Shown: positions 47,250 through 57,668 of the stretch, piece after piece
How the letters are laid out: each line of letters starts with the position of its first letter
Numbering within the stretch: position 1 is the stretch's first letter
Assembly (NCBI GenBank): GCA_037925075.1
Contig: JAXSNR010000002.1
Coordinates: 64,001-128,000 of the forward strand
Reading direction: 5' to 3'
DNA: 64,000 nucleotides
Source of the DNA: Aquificaceae bacterium
Lineage (GTDB): Bacteria > Aquificota > Aquificia > Aquificales > Aquificaceae
Position numbers and translations under genes: made by a program
Notes under the pieces: generated by a model
Told to the model about the DNA's origin: nothing
Seen by the model: the letters and a program-made list of their open reading frames with translations, nothing else
Database searches by the model: none

Positions 47250-47628
47250 AGTTTTCTTACTTAGAGACTGGCAGTACAAGCTCGTATCTCTCCTAATGGG
47301 CATAGCCCTGTGGTTTTTTGTAAACCTCGGGGAAAGGGTACCTATGAGCATGGAAAGGAGTATTGAAGTGTATGACAAAGAGAAAGGCTACGAATACAAG
47401 CTGGAAAGGAAAAGAGCGAGGATAAGGCTCAAGGTGATGGAGAGATTTGTCTCTGAGGAGATGATAGAAGTAATCGGCGTAGGCGTAAACGTAAAAGGTA
47501 TGAAGGAAGGAGAATATACCCTAAAAGTGGAAGCTAAAAACCTACCAAGATTCCTTGTAATCGTTGAGAAGATTGAGCCCGAATATGTAAGAGTAAGAAT
47601 AACAAAAGCCCCCGAAGGGGGCCCGTAA
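47236..47628 (+). CDS. CdaR/YbbR-like protein
   Basis: KLVSLLMGIALWFFV anchor, single YbbR-like domain, directly after cdaA. Confidence 0.75.
   Translation: MRRLEVFLLRDWQYKLVSLLMGIALWFFVNLGERVPMSMERSIEVYDKEKGYEYKLERKRARIRLKVMERFVSEEMIEVIGVGVNVKGMKEGEYTLKVEAKNLPRFLVIVEKIEPEYVRVRITKAPEGGP
47604..47623. terminator. Hairpin between convergent genes (likely terminator for the minus-strand Fe-S carrier gene)
   Basis: AAAAGCCCCC-GAA-GGGGGC; on the minus strand the hairpin is followed by TTTT. Confidence 0.7.
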
Positions 47629-47630
47629 TA

Positions 47631-47975
47631 TTATCCACAAGAGAAGGAGCTTCCACAACCGCAGGAGCCGGTTGCATTGGGATTTCTTATAGTAAAACCG
47701 CCACCCATAAAGTCCATCACATAGTCAAGCTCTGCGTTGTTTACATAGGGCATGGAAAACTGGTCTATGGCTATCCTAAGCCCTCCAAAGTCAAAGACAT
47801 TGTCGCCTTCCTCAAGGGTGTCGTCAAAGCCCATGGCATACTGAAAACCGGAGCATCCTCCTGGGACAACCCTTATCCTCAATATGGGCTCGGTTATGTT
47901 GTTCTCTTGTGCGATCCTAAGTACTTCCTGAACCGCTTTTTCTGTCGCAAAGAAGTTAAAAGCTACCTTTTGCAT
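47631..47975 (-). CDS. A-type Fe-S carrier (IscA/ErpA/HesB)
   Basis: GGCSGFQY, NPNA..SCGCGSSF. Confidence 0.95.
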   Translation of the reverse strand: MQKVAFNFFATEKAVQEVLRIAQENNITEPILRIRVVPGGCSGFQYAMGFDDTLEEGDNVFDFGGLRIAIDQFSMPYVNNAELDYVMDFMGGGFTIRNPNATGSCGCGSSFSCG

Positions 47976-48056
47976 AATACTACCTCCTGTAAGAATTTCT
48001 TAGGAATATGATAAGCTTGGGATAGGTTTTTTCAAGGGGAGGATGTATGACTATCC

Positions 48057-48485
48057 TCATGTAGAGCTTTCCACTTTGTGAATTAGCCAAAAGACTCCGC
48101 CTAAGGCTACCAAAACCAAAGCAAGAGTTATAAGCTCCTGAATCTTCTCGGGAGATAGGGAGATTATAAGGACCTTTCTTATTACCGCCGCAAGAGCAAC
48201 AGCGACAAAAGCCCTTATGCTAACGGCTCCTCCTTTTATGTGTTTTACCTCTTCTGACAAAAGCTCAGATATGGCGTAGAGAATAAGCACAGAACCCAAT
48301 ATGCTAAGCCCTCCCTTTTCAATGGGTAGCTGACCCACAAGCACCATGTAAAGCTCGTAGATTATCCAGACCATAAGAAAGAAGCCAACCAAGGAAAGGG
48401 TCAGGATGATGAAGGCATCAAAGACCCATGTTATGCCCCTTATGCTACCGATTAGTACACTCTGATGTCTTTTGAGCTCTTCCAT
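48057..48485 (-). CDS. PsiE-family membrane protein
   Basis: Four TMs, EL and A.IRKVLI pattern. Confidence 0.7.
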   Translation of the reverse strand: MEELKRHQSVLIGSIRGITWVFDAFIILTLSLVGFFLMVWIIYELYMVLVGQLPIEKGGLSILGSVLILYAISELLSEEVKHIKGGAVSIRAFVAVALAAVIRKVLIISLSPEKIQELITLALVLVALGGVFWLIHKVESST

Positions 48486-48532
48486 GGTTAAATATCATAA
48501 AGCCTACAACCACAGAAGCTTATAATAATCCC

Positions 48533-49093
48533 ATGCCTATTGACAAAGAAAAGATAAAACAGGCTATAAGGCTTTTCCTTGAAGGTATAGGAGAAGACCC
48601 AGACAGAGAAGGCTTGCGGGAAACCCCAGACAGGGTTGCCCGTATGTGGGAGGAATTCGAAGGACAAAGAAGCTTTGACTTTAAGCTCTTTGAGGAGTTT
48701 GGCTCTTACAATGAAATGGTGCTTGTAAAGGACATAAACATATACTCACTATGCGAGCATCATCTTCTTCCCTTTTTTGGCAAGGCTCACATAGCTTACA
48801 TACCCGATGGGATAGTGTGCGGGCTTTCAAAGTTGGTGAGAACCGTGCGTGCCCTTGCTCTAAGGCCTCAGGTGCAAGAAAGGCTTACAAACCAGATAGC
48901 GGACTTTCTTATGGAACAGCTAAAACCCAAAGGGGTGGCTGTGGTGCTTGAGATGGAACACCTTTGCATGTCCATGAGGGGTGTTATGTCTCCCGGGCAC
49001 CTTACAATCACTTCAGCACTTAGAGGTCTTTTCCTTAGCGACATAAGAACAAGGGAAGAGTTTCTAAAGCTTATAGGCAAGCAGGCCCCATGA
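48533..49093 (+). CDS. folE: GTP cyclohydrolase I
   Basis: [36 protein letters not shown]. Confidence 0.96.
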   Translation: MPIDKEKIKQAIRLFLEGIGEDPDREGLRETPDRVARMWEEFEGQRSFDFKLFEEFGSYNEMVLVKDINIYSLCEHHLLPFFGKAHIAYIPDGIVCGLSKLVRTVRALALRPQVQERLTNQIADFLMEQLKPKGVAVVLEMEHLCMSMRGVMSPGHLTITSALRGLFLSDIRTREEFLKLIGKQAP

Positions 49094-49872
49094 GGTTGTG
49101 TCTTATAGCCGGTTCTGGAGAATTGCCCGGTGTATTTCTAAAAAAGGCAAGGGAAAAGGGCGTTGAGGTCTTTGTGGCGGGGGTTAAAGGCATAACAGAA
49201 TTGCAGGCGGACGAATACTTTCCTTTGGGCAAGGTGGGAAGGCTACTGAAAACCCTTGAGAAAAGGGGAATAAGGCATATGGTGATGTTGGGCAAATTTG
49301 AGCATAGCCTTATATTCTCCCATCTTCTGACCCTTGATGAGTTGGCTCTGAGAATCCTCAAAAAAGCCAAAGACAAAAAACCTCAGACCCTCATAAAAAC
49401 CCTTATGGATGAGCTTGAGGCTCTTGGCTTTGAATTTCCAGACCCAAGGCCTTACCTTGAGGAGCTTCTTGCAACGGCGGGTCAAATTTCTTCAAAGGAG
49501 CCCTCCAAGGAAGCCATGGAGGACGGTCTTTGGGGCTTTCCTATAGCAAGGCATATAGCGGAGCTTGATGTGGGGCAGACCCTTGTGGTGAAGGATAAGG
49601 CGGTGGTGAGCGTTGAGGCAATGGAAGGAACTCAAAGAGCAATAGAAAGGGCTGGCGAGCTTGCGGGTAAAAACTGTAGGGTGATAAAGGTAGCCAGAAA
49701 AAGTCAGGACTTTCGGATAGATGTACCAACGGTGGGTCCAAAGACCATAGAAGCCATCAAAAAGATAAAGGGAGACGCTCTCTTTGTAGAGGCTGGAAAG
49801 GTTTATCTTTTGGAGAGGGAAAAGCTCACAAAGCTTGCGGACAGGTATGGCATAGCGGTCTACGGGCTTTGA
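49090..49872 (+). CDS. lpxI: UDP-2,3-diacylglucosamine pyrophosphatase
   Basis: [30 protein letters not shown]. Confidence 0.92.
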   Translation: MRLCLIAGSGELPGVFLKKAREKGVEVFVAGVKGITELQADEYFPLGKVGRLLKTLEKRGIRHMVMLGKFEHSLIFSHLLTLDELALRILKKAKDKKPQTLIKTLMDELEALGFEFPDPRPYLEELLATAGQISSKEPSKEAMEDGLWGFPIARHIAELDVGQTLVVKDKAVVSVEAMEGTQRAIERAGELAGKNCRVIKVARKSQDFRIDVPTVGPKTIEAIKKIKGDALFVEAGKVYLLEREKLTKLADRYGIAVYGL

Positions 49873-51515
49873 AGGAAAAACTCTATAGCTTCCTTAGGCT
49901 TGCCCTCAAAGACCACCCTGCCATCTCTGAATACAAAAACCCTATCGCATCTGAGGATGTTGGAAAATCTGTGTGCCACAAGCACTATGGTCTTGTCCTT
50001 ATACCTTCCAAAGAGGTTGTTTAACACCTCCTCCTCCTTTCTTGCGTCTAGGGCTGAGGTGACCTCGTCAAGAAGGAGAACCTCCGGAGACCTTAGGAAT
50101 AGCCTTGCAAGGGCAAGCCTTTGCTTTTCTCCACCCGACAGGCTTTTGGGATTTACCTGCTGGTCAAGGTCCTTTACAAAATCGCACCCCGCAAGCCTTA
50201 GAGCTTCCCAAAGGCGGTCTTCCCTTTCTTCTCCTGCCATAAGGAGGTTGTCCTTGACTGTGCCGGGAAATATAAAGCTGTCTTGGGACAGGAAAAGAAA
50301 AAGCTCCCTCAGGTCTTCCCTTTTTATGTATCTTAGCTCAAGCCCATCTACTTTTACGCTCCCTTCGTATGGAACAAGGCCCGCCACAGTGCGTAAGAAG
50401 GTGCTTTTGCCAGAACCCGTATCTCCCATTATGCCTATCTTCTCACCCTTGTAAAGGGAAAGGCTTACATCCTTAAGGAGCTCAGCCTCTCCAAGTCTTA
50501 CCTTGAGCCCTTCCACCTGTATGCCAGTCTTTAGGCTTTTGAGGGAAAGGCTTCCTGCCTCTTCCTCTTTGAGGTTTAGGACTTCTCTTATCCTCTGAAG
50601 CACTGGCAAGGAGGACCTTACCTCCATCAAGCCCTTCTGAGCCTCCATGAGGGGGTTTTGCAAAAAGACCAGAGCGGTAAGGTAGGATATGAAGTCTCCG
50701 GGGGTTAGCCCACCTTCCACTATTCTGTATCCGCCGTAGAGTATGACCAGTGCCACCACAGAGTAGCCAAAGGTGAAGTTAAAAACAGAGTTCATGGCAA
50801 AGTACAATTCGGACTTAAAACTGGACCTAAAGAGGGCCCTGTTGAGCTGATGAAAAAGCCCTTCAAACATGGACTGAGCCCTAAAGCTCCTTATACTGTC
50901 AAAGCCCAGAAAAGAACTAAAGAGCCTGTCTGTGATGTTGGCGTAGCCCTCCTGAGTCCTTCTTATGTGTTTGCCCCTTTTGGTGCCAAAATACCTTACC
51001 GCAAGGGCAAGCACAGGAAGAAGTACCCCAAGGCTCAAGGTGAGAAGCCAGTCCCTGTAGAGAAGAACTCCAAAAAGAAAAATCACCGTTATGGGCTCTC
51101 TTATGAGTTTTATGGCGTAGGCACCTATCAGGTTTCTGTATAGGTTCATGTCAGAGATGACCCTTGAGGCAAACTCTCCCGCGGAAAGCCCCATAAAGGT
51201 AGAGTAATCTGCCCTAAGAAGTCTCTTAAAGGCTTCCTCCCTCAGCCTTTTCATCTCAAGCTCCGTATAGAGGGAAGAAAACAGTCTAACTACGAAATTT
51301 CCAAGCTGTGAGAGAAGAACAAAACCTATCAAGGTTAAGACAATTTTTAATATTTCTCCTTCTTCCCTAAGAAAAAAAACCTTGTCCACAAGGGACTTTA
51401 TGAGAAGGCTTACCCCTGCAGTTCCACCGGCTTCAATAACGGAACCAACAAGGCTCAGAAGTATAAAGTGCCAATATATCCGAAGTCGTCCAACAGCCCA
51501 CTTGATATTGCTCAT
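49860..51515 (-). CDS. ABC exporter, fused permease/ATPase (MsbA-like)
   Basis: TM domain plus GDTGSGKS, LSGGEKQR, LDEVTSALD, AHR. Confidence 0.9.
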   Translation of the reverse strand: MSNIKWAVGRLRIYWHFILLSLVGSVIEAGGTAGVSLLIKSLVDKVFFLREEGEILKIVLTLIGFVLLSQLGNFVVRLFSSLYTELEMKRLREEAFKRLLRADYSTFMGLSAGEFASRVISDMNLYRNLIGAYAIKLIREPITVIFLFGVLLYRDWLLTLSLGVLLPVLALAVRYFGTKRGKHIRRTQEGYANITDRLFSSFLGFDSIRSFRAQSMFEGLFHQLNRALFRSSFKSELYFAMNSVFNFTFGYSVVALVILYGGYRIVEGGLTPGDFISYLTALVFLQNPLMEAQKGLMEVRSSLPVLQRIREVLNLKEEEAGSLSLKSLKTGIQVEGLKVRLGEAELLKDVSLSLYKGEKIGIMGDTGSGKSTFLRTVAGLVPYEGSVKVDGLELRYIKREDLRELFLFLSQDSFIFPGTVKDNLLMAGEEREDRLWEALRLAGCDFVKDLDQQVNPKSLSGGEKQRLALARLFLRSPEVLLLDEVTSALDARKEEEVLNNLFGRYKDKTIVLVAHRFSNILRCDRVFVFRDGRVVFEGKPKEAIEFFLQSP

Positions 51516-51541
51516 ACAAAAGACTATTTTATTAGATAGCC

Positions 51542-51772
51542 ATGTTGAGGTGGATTGTAGGTATCATACTTGCATTCTTGCTAATAGACCACCTATGGGT
51601 TCACTACGGCGGACCAGTTATAGAAGAATTGAGGGGTAAGCACAGGGAGGAACTGAAAAAGGGTACTATTGAAAAGGAAGAGGTCCAGTTACAACAATCT
51701 TACAGGAAAAGCATTCTTGATGAGGCGTGGGATAGGATAAAAAAAGTGTTAAAGAAGGAGGAAGATAGATAA
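51542..51772 (+). CDS. Small membrane-anchored hypothetical protein
   Basis: N-terminal TM, charged tail, fills the gap before ribBA. Confidence 0.6.
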   Translation: MLRWIVGIILAFLLIDHLWVHYGGPVIEELRGKHREELKKGTIEKEEVQLQQSYRKSILDEAWDRIKKVLKKEEDR

Positions 51773-51792
51773 ACTTCTCAAGGAGGTTTTGG

Positions 51793-53001
51793 ATGGATTT
51801 CAAGTTCAACACCATAGAAGAAGCCCTTGAGGACATAGCTCAGGGGAAGATGGTTATAGTGGTTGATGATCCAGACAGAGAAAACGAAGGCGACTTGGTT
51901 ATGGCTGCGGAAAAAGTAACACCAGAAGCTATAAATTTCATGGCCAAGTACGGTAGGGGTCTTATATGCCTCACATTAACTCCTCAAAGGTGTGAGGAGC
52001 TTGACCTATATCCTATGGCGGTAAGAAATACGGACCCAAAGGGTACCTACTTCTGCGTATCCATGGATGCACATCCCAAGTTTGGCACAACTACGGGCAT
52101 ATCCGCCTTTGACAGGGCAATGACCATAAGACTTGCCATAAGCCCGGATGCAAAGCCATCGGACTTTATAAGGCCTGGGCATGTGTTTCCCCTTAAGGCA
52201 AAGCCTGGGGGTGTTTTGGAAAGGGCAGGGCATACAGAAGCAAGTGTAGACCTTGCAAGACTTGCGGGGCTTTATCCTGCGGGTGTTATCTGCGAGATAA
52301 TGAAGGACGACGGCACCATGGCAAGACTGCCAGACCTTGTGGAGTTTGCCAAAAGGTTTGACCTCAAGATAATAACCATAGCGGACCTCATAAGATACAG
52401 GCTAAAGAGGGAAAGGCTCGTGGTGAGGGAGGCTACCGCAAACCTTCCTACAAGGTACGGCTTTTTCAAAATACACGCATACAAGCACATACTCACCGGT
52501 GAGGAACAGGTAGCCCTTACCATGGGTGAGTGGAAAGAGGACGAGCCCGTTTTAGTGAGGGTCCACTCTGAATGTCTTACTGGGGATGTTTTTAAATCTC
52601 TCAGGTGCGACTGCAGGGGACAGCTTGAGACAGCTATGGAGATGATTGCTCAAGAGGGCAAGGGCGTTTTGGTCTATATAATGGGTCATGAGGGTAGAGG
52701 CATAGGTATAGTGAACAAGATAAAGGCATACCATCTTCAGGATATGGGTTATGACACGGTGGAAGCCAACGAGAAGGTGGGATATCCCGCAGACCTCAGA
52801 GACTATGGCATCGGAGTCCAGATACTCCTCGACCTTGGAGTCAGGAAGATGAGGCTTCTGACCAACAATCCAAGAAAGATAGTCGCCCTTGAGGGTTATG
52901 GACTTGAGGTGGTAGAAAGAGTACCCCTTAAGCTACCAGCATGCGAGCACAACCAGAGATATTTAGAAACAAAGAAGGAAAAGCTGGGGCATCTACTCTA
53001 A
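51793..53001 (+). CDS. ribBA: DHBP synthase / GTP cyclohydrolase II
   Basis: [35 protein letters not shown]. Confidence 0.96.
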   Translation: MDFKFNTIEEALEDIAQGKMVIVVDDPDRENEGDLVMAAEKVTPEAINFMAKYGRGLICLTLTPQRCEELDLYPMAVRNTDPKGTYFCVSMDAHPKFGTTTGISAFDRAMTIRLAISPDAKPSDFIRPGHVFPLKAKPGGVLERAGHTEASVDLARLAGLYPAGVICEIMKDDGTMARLPDLVEFAKRFDLKIITIADLIRYRLKRERLVVREATANLPTRYGFFKIHAYKHILTGEEQVALTMGEWKEDEPVLVRVHSECLTGDVFKSLRCDCRGQLETAMEMIAQEGKGVLVYIMGHEGRGIGIVNKIKAYHLQDMGYDTVEANEKVGYPADLRDYGIGVQILLDLGVRKMRLLTNNPRKIVALEGYGLEVVERVPLKLPACEHNQRYLETKKEKLGHLL

Positions 53002-53979
53002 GGGAAGGAACACGGTAAAGGTGCTTCCTACACCCTCCTCGCTTTGGACCTCTATCTTTCCGCCATGAGACAGGGTTATGTGCTTTACTATGGAAAGACC
53101 GAGCCCAGTTCCACCCAGATCCCTTGACCTTGAGGGGTCCACCCTGTAGAACCTTTCAAAGATAAAGGGAATATGCTCTTTTGGAATGCCTATGCCCGTG
53201 TCCTCTACCTCTATCTGAAGGTAGGAACTATACCTCTTTGCCCTTACCTCTACCTTACCCCCAATTTTGTTATACTTTATGGCATTATCCACGAGGTTTT
53301 TAAAGAGAAGAAAGAGCTTGTCCCAATCTCCTTTTACCTTAAAGCCCTCTTCCACAGAGTTTATAAGGCTTATTTTTCTCTCTCTTGCTTGGGGTTCAAG
53401 AAGTTCAAAAACTTCCTCTACCAAAAGCCTTAGGTCCACTTCCTCCCTTTTTATTCTTTCTTCACCCGATTCCAATTTGGTGAGTATAAGGAGGTCTTCC
53501 ACAAGCCTTCTCATATCTTCAACGCGTCTCAGAGCCTTTTCTAAAAGAAGCCTTTTCTCTTCCCTGTCTTCTTCTTCGTACATGGTCTCCAAAAGGCTTT
53601 TGAGCACCGCTATGGGAGTTTTTAGCTCATGGGATACATTGGCAACAAACTCCCTCTTTGACCTTTCGTACCTTTTGAGCTCGGTTATATCAGAGAAACG
53701 AACCACTGTAAGCTCGCTTCCTGAAAAGACGTACAAAGTGTACTCCCTATCCTCGTGGTCAAAATTGCAGACTCTACCCTTCCTTTCTGGAAGGGCTTCC
53801 GCAAGACAGCTAACCACTGTCAGATTGTTAATGCATTCATAGTAGGGCTTCCCTTCAAAGTTTTCTCTAAGGATTCTTCTCTTCAAAAGGAAGTCATTGC
53901 CAAAAACCACCCTTCCCTCTTTGTCTATAAGCAGATATCCTTCACCTACTTGACTGAGAAACTCTTTAAGAAGGCTCAT
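52993..53979 (-). CDS. Sensor histidine kinase (PhoR-like, no obvious TM)
   Basis: [35 protein letters not shown]. Confidence 0.92.
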   Translation of the reverse strand: MSLLKEFLSQVGEGYLLIDKEGRVVFGNDFLLKRRILRENFEGKPYYECINNLTVVSCLAEALPERKGRVCNFDHEDREYTLYVFSGSELTVVRFSDITELKRYERSKREFVANVSHELKTPIAVLKSLLETMYEEEDREEKRLLLEKALRRVEDMRRLVEDLLILTKLESGEERIKREEVDLRLLVEEVFELLEPQARERKISLINSVEEGFKVKGDWDKLFLLFKNLVDNAIKYNKIGGKVEVRAKRYSSYLQIEVEDTGIGIPKEHIPFIFERFYRVDPSRSRDLGGTGLGLSIVKHITLSHGGKIEVQSEEGVGSTFTVFLPLE

Positions 53980-55048
53980 GAGAATATAAGGTATTTACTA
54001 TTTTCTCAAGCTTTTCTTCAATTTCTTGCTCCGTGCTTGCAAGTACGTTTATATGTCCCATCTTTCTCCTTGGCTTTTTTTCTTTTCCATACCAATAAAG
54101 TTTCGTTCCTTCCATGGAAAGAAGGCTATAAAGGTCCATATTCTCAAGAGAAAGCCCTAGTATATTCACCATACCCGTAGGTGTTTTTAGTTTTGTGGAG
54201 CCCAAGGGAAGACCGCATATGGCTCTAAGCAGGTTTTCAAACTGGGAGGTGTAGCATCCATCAAGGCTGTAGTGCCCCGTGTTGTGAGGCCTTGGTGCAA
54301 ACTCGTTTATAAAGACCCTTCCATCCCATGTGTAGAAAAACTCCACAGCCATTAGACCCACAAGGTTAAAGTCCTCCATAAGAGACAAGACTATCTCCTC
54401 CGCCTCCCTTATGGAGAAGTTCCTCGTTTGGTTGTAAATCAGAATCCCTCCCTCATGGTGGTTTATGGTCAGAGGATAAAGCTTACTGTTGCCCCTTTTG
54501 TCCCTAACCCCTATAAGGGAAAATTCAAAGCTGAAATCCACAAGCTTTTCCACCAGAAACTTTTCCCCTTCAGAATGATTTTTAAGTATCTTATCCACAT
54601 CCTCCAGATAGTAAACCCTATACTGACCCTTTCCGTCGTAGCCCAAACCTTCGGACTTTACCACGCAAGGAAGCCCAAAATCTTTTACCTTTTTTCGTAA
54701 GTCTATCCAGCTTGCAGTGCTAAAGTCCGCAGTGGGATAGCCCCTAACTCTGTAGAATTCCTTCTCTCTTATTCTGCTCCTTTTGATTTCAAGCACGTTC
54801 AGGGATGGTGTGGTAAGGTCATAAACCTTGTCCAAAACCTCTTGGTTTATATGTTCAAACTCGTAGGTTATAACATCACAAACCCTTATAAACTCTTCAA
54901 CCCTATCTGGTGGGAACCACCAGTCCGCTATCTTGCTTGCGGAAGCCTTTGGGTTTGGGTCAAGGACAAAAAATTCAAAGCCCAGTTTTCTACCTTCGAG
55001 TATGGTCATCCATCCAAGCTGTCCGCCACCAAGAAGGCCAACACGCAT
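53966..55048 (-). CDS. purK: N5-CAIR synthase
   Basis: GGGQLG, YEFE, GYDGKGQ, NEFAPRPHNTGH, RKMGH. Confidence 0.95.
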   Translation of the reverse strand: MRVGLLGGGQLGWMTILEGRKLGFEFFVLDPNPKASASKIADWWFPPDRVEEFIRVCDVITYEFEHINQEVLDKVYDLTTPSLNVLEIKRSRIREKEFYRVRGYPTADFSTASWIDLRKKVKDFGLPCVVKSEGLGYDGKGQYRVYYLEDVDKILKNHSEGEKFLVEKLVDFSFEFSLIGVRDKRGNSKLYPLTINHHEGGILIYNQTRNFSIREAEEIVLSLMEDFNLVGLMAVEFFYTWDGRVFINEFAPRPHNTGHYSLDGCYTSQFENLLRAICGLPLGSTKLKTPTGMVNILGLSLENMDLYSLLSMEGTKLYWYGKEKKPRRKMGHINVLASTEQEIEEKLEKIVNTLYSHEPS

Positions 55049-55057
55049 AAGAAAATT

Positions 55058-55285
55058 TTACTTCTTCAGAAGGCTAAAAAGGAGAGTAAGCAAGACAGAC
55101 AAAAGCACGCTCAGAACTATAGAGGTGGCAAGGGGAAAGTAAAAGGTAAAGCCATCCCTTTTTATGACAATATCTCCGGGAAGCCTTCCAAGACCTAGAG
55201 GGAGTTTTTCAAAGAAGGTAAGCAAAAGCCCCAGCACCAAAAGGACCAAGCCCATAAGCAGAAGGACCTTACCCAACTCACTCAT
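55058..55285 (-). CDS. DUF2905 small membrane protein
   Basis: GRLPGDI...FYFPLATSI; start placed at MSELGK. Confidence 0.85.
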   Translation of the reverse strand: MSELGKVLLLMGLVLLVLGLLLTFFEKLPLGLGRLPGDIVIKRDGFTFYFPLATSIVLSVLLSVLLTLLFSLLKK

Positions 55286-55295
55286 ACTGCCAAAC

Positions 55296-56447
55296 TTAGC
55301 TATATGCACTATTTCCTCTGCTATAGACCCCTTCTTCTTCAAGGGTTGGATCTGGTTTCTTACCCGTTAGGATTTCTATAAGTTCCTTTACGCTTATTAT
55401 TCCTTGTTTTTTTAGTAGATGGCCGTTGGCGCCGCTTATGAATATACCCTCTTCGTAGTTTCCAAGCCATGCGGACCCAAGCCTATCAGCTATGCAAAAG
55501 CCTACCTTTTTGGCTTCTTCTCCCTTGTTGCAAGGTGTTATACAGTGAGAAACACAACTGTTCCAACCGTTGTATCCTGCAATAAGCCTCTCTATAAAGG
55601 GCGTCCTTACAACCCTAAGAGGATAACCAACTGGAGACTTAAAGAGTATTATGTCTTCTTCTTCTGCGTTAAGGACTATCTCCTTGTATATGGGCGGCGC
55701 ATCACATTCGTGAGTAGCTATAAAGCGCGTTGCTATTTGCACACCGCTTGCACCCCTTTCCATGTAATAGAGTATATCCCTGTAGCTCCATACACCCCCC
55801 GCCACAATAACCGGTATGCCACCCCACTTTTGGGCTTCTTCAAGCACAGAAGGAAAGAGGTTTTCCAGTTGGTATTCTGGCATAAAGCACTCCTCGTATT
55901 TAAACCCCTGATGCCCGCCGGATTTAGGACCTTCAAGCACCACTGCATCAGGTAGCCTCTTGTATTTTTTCTCCCATGTTCTACATATAAGATTAAGGGC
56001 TCTTGCGGAAGAGACTATGGGAACCAGTGCCACATCAGCATCACCCACATACTCAGGAAGCCTAAGAGGAAGACCAGCACCGGATATTATCAGGTCTGCA
56101 CCTGCCTCCACCGCATCCACCGCAACCCTTCCGTAGTCAGTTATGGCACAAAGAATATTCACTCCAATGGCACCTCTGCCTTCGGAGAGCCTTTTTGCTT
56201 CTTGAATAATCTTGGTCAAAGCCTCCTTACTGTGTGTATATATGGAGCCTATGGGTCTTCCAAACTTATCTCTTTTCACAAACTCTGGATATCTATAGCC
56301 GGTGCCTACTGCAGACACAACACCCACCGCACCCTCTCTTGCGACAGCACCCGCAAGCTTTTCCCAAGATATACCAACGCCCATTCCCCCTTGAATTATG
56401 GGAATTGGAACCGTTTTATTTCTAAGTTTTAAGGGCTTAAGGGACAT
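55296..56447 (-). CDS. Nitronate monooxygenase/FabK-fold flavoprotein (FabX-like, Cys cluster)
   Basis: PIIQGGMGVG, SGAGLP, GGHQG, SPVGYP, CVSHCITPC...C. Confidence 0.85.
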   Translation of the reverse strand: MSLKPLKLRNKTVPIPIIQGGMGVGISWEKLAGAVAREGAVGVVSAVGTGYRYPEFVKRDKFGRPIGSIYTHSKEALTKIIQEAKRLSEGRGAIGVNILCAITDYGRVAVDAVEAGADLIISGAGLPLRLPEYVGDADVALVPIVSSARALNLICRTWEKKYKRLPDAVVLEGPKSGGHQGFKYEECFMPEYQLENLFPSVLEEAQKWGGIPVIVAGGVWSYRDILYYMERGASGVQIATRFIATHECDAPPIYKEIVLNAEEEDIILFKSPVGYPLRVVRTPFIERLIAGYNGWNSCVSHCITPCNKGEEAKKVGFCIADRLGSAWLGNYEEGIFISGANGHLLKKQGIISVKELIEILTGKKPDPTLEEEGVYSRGNSAYS

Positions 56448-56496
56448 AATAAACCTCCTTTTTATAAATATAGCCTTGGCATACTAGAGGACAAGC

Positions 56497-57471
56497 TTAA
56501 GTGATTTCTTCTTCATACTTAGACAACTCTGTCTTGTGTGCAAATATCCTGAGTATGGTTTCTAGAGGAAGCGATCTACACACAAGCCTTAGATCTACCT
56601 TATGGTTTTTCATCAATTTTTTCAATGACTCAATCTGGCTTGCTGTGGCACTTGGACATAGGCTCATAAGGATAGAAGCATCCTTTGTACTTAAGAGCTC
56701 ATTATTAATTGCATAATTTATGAGATCTTCTGAACCAGAAAAACCGACATCTTTTGCCATCTCAAAAGCATATTCAGTGCTGATGTACTTCCTTACCTTT
56801 TCGTATAACATACCCGCAAGCAGAGCGTCCCTTATGTTGTAGTCCGCAATTTTTTTGTATTGTTTATTCAAAAAGGCTCCTTTTACCTTTGAACCATCCA
56901 TATCGTCCTTATCCATGTTAAGCCCAAACCTTCTTGAAATAAATTTTAAAGTATAACTATTACCACCTACTCTCAAAGACCCCATGAGGTCTATATGGTT
57001 TACTATTTTGGAATTTATATGTTTATGAAAGACTTTGGGCATCATGTCATGCATTATGGTTCTTATCTTCAAAAAATCCATATCAAAGCTTTTTCCATTA
57101 TATGTAATAAGAGTATCCACTTCCTCAAGCCTTTCCCAGAGATGTTCAAGAAGCTCTCTCTCCGCATTAAAAAGTCCATCTTTCAAAGAGAAAGAGATGT
57201 ACACCGAATCCACCTCCCTTTCTCCTATCTTTGTTTTGGACTCTTCTTTTCCCTTCTTTTCATCCATATAAAAGACGTAGCACCTATTCTCCTCCAAGAA
57301 AAATAAGGAACAGGAAATTATATAGGAGACGTAAGGGTTTAATGCAAGATCCTTATGGAAATCCTCGTCAAGGTCGTAATCTTTTCTACCCTTAAGGTAT
57401 GAGATATCTTCTTCTGTAAGCTCATCCAAGGGACAAAAGGTTTCTATGTCAAAGCTGGCAATTTTACCCAT
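56497..57471 (-). CDS. DEDDy 3'-5' exonuclease (RNase H-like/PolB-exo-like)
   Basis: FDIET, TYNGKSFD, HIDL, YNIRD. Confidence 0.85.
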   Translation of the reverse strand: MGKIASFDIETFCPLDELTEEDISYLKGRKDYDLDEDFHKDLALNPYVSYIISCSLFFLEENRCYVFYMDEKKGKEESKTKIGEREVDSVYISFSLKDGLFNAERELLEHLWERLEEVDTLITYNGKSFDMDFLKIRTIMHDMMPKVFHKHINSKIVNHIDLMGSLRVGGNSYTLKFISRRFGLNMDKDDMDGSKVKGAFLNKQYKKIADYNIRDALLAGMLYEKVRKYISTEYAFEMAKDVGFSGSEDLINYAINNELLSTKDASILMSLCPSATASQIESLKKLMKNHKVDLRLVCRSLPLETILRIFAHKTELSKYEEEIT

Positions 57472-57668
57472 TCTACCCCTCCTAAATCTATTATAAACAA
57501 AATCTTATAAACCAAAATATGAACTTTTAAACCGATTGGCACATTGTTTGAACAGGTGGCGGAACTCAATAAAGTATACATAATATAACATCAGGTGAAA
57601 AATTAGAACTTGATATGCCCTTTTCTCACCTTGTCTCTGGTTTCTCCTTATATTATTCTATATCTGCC

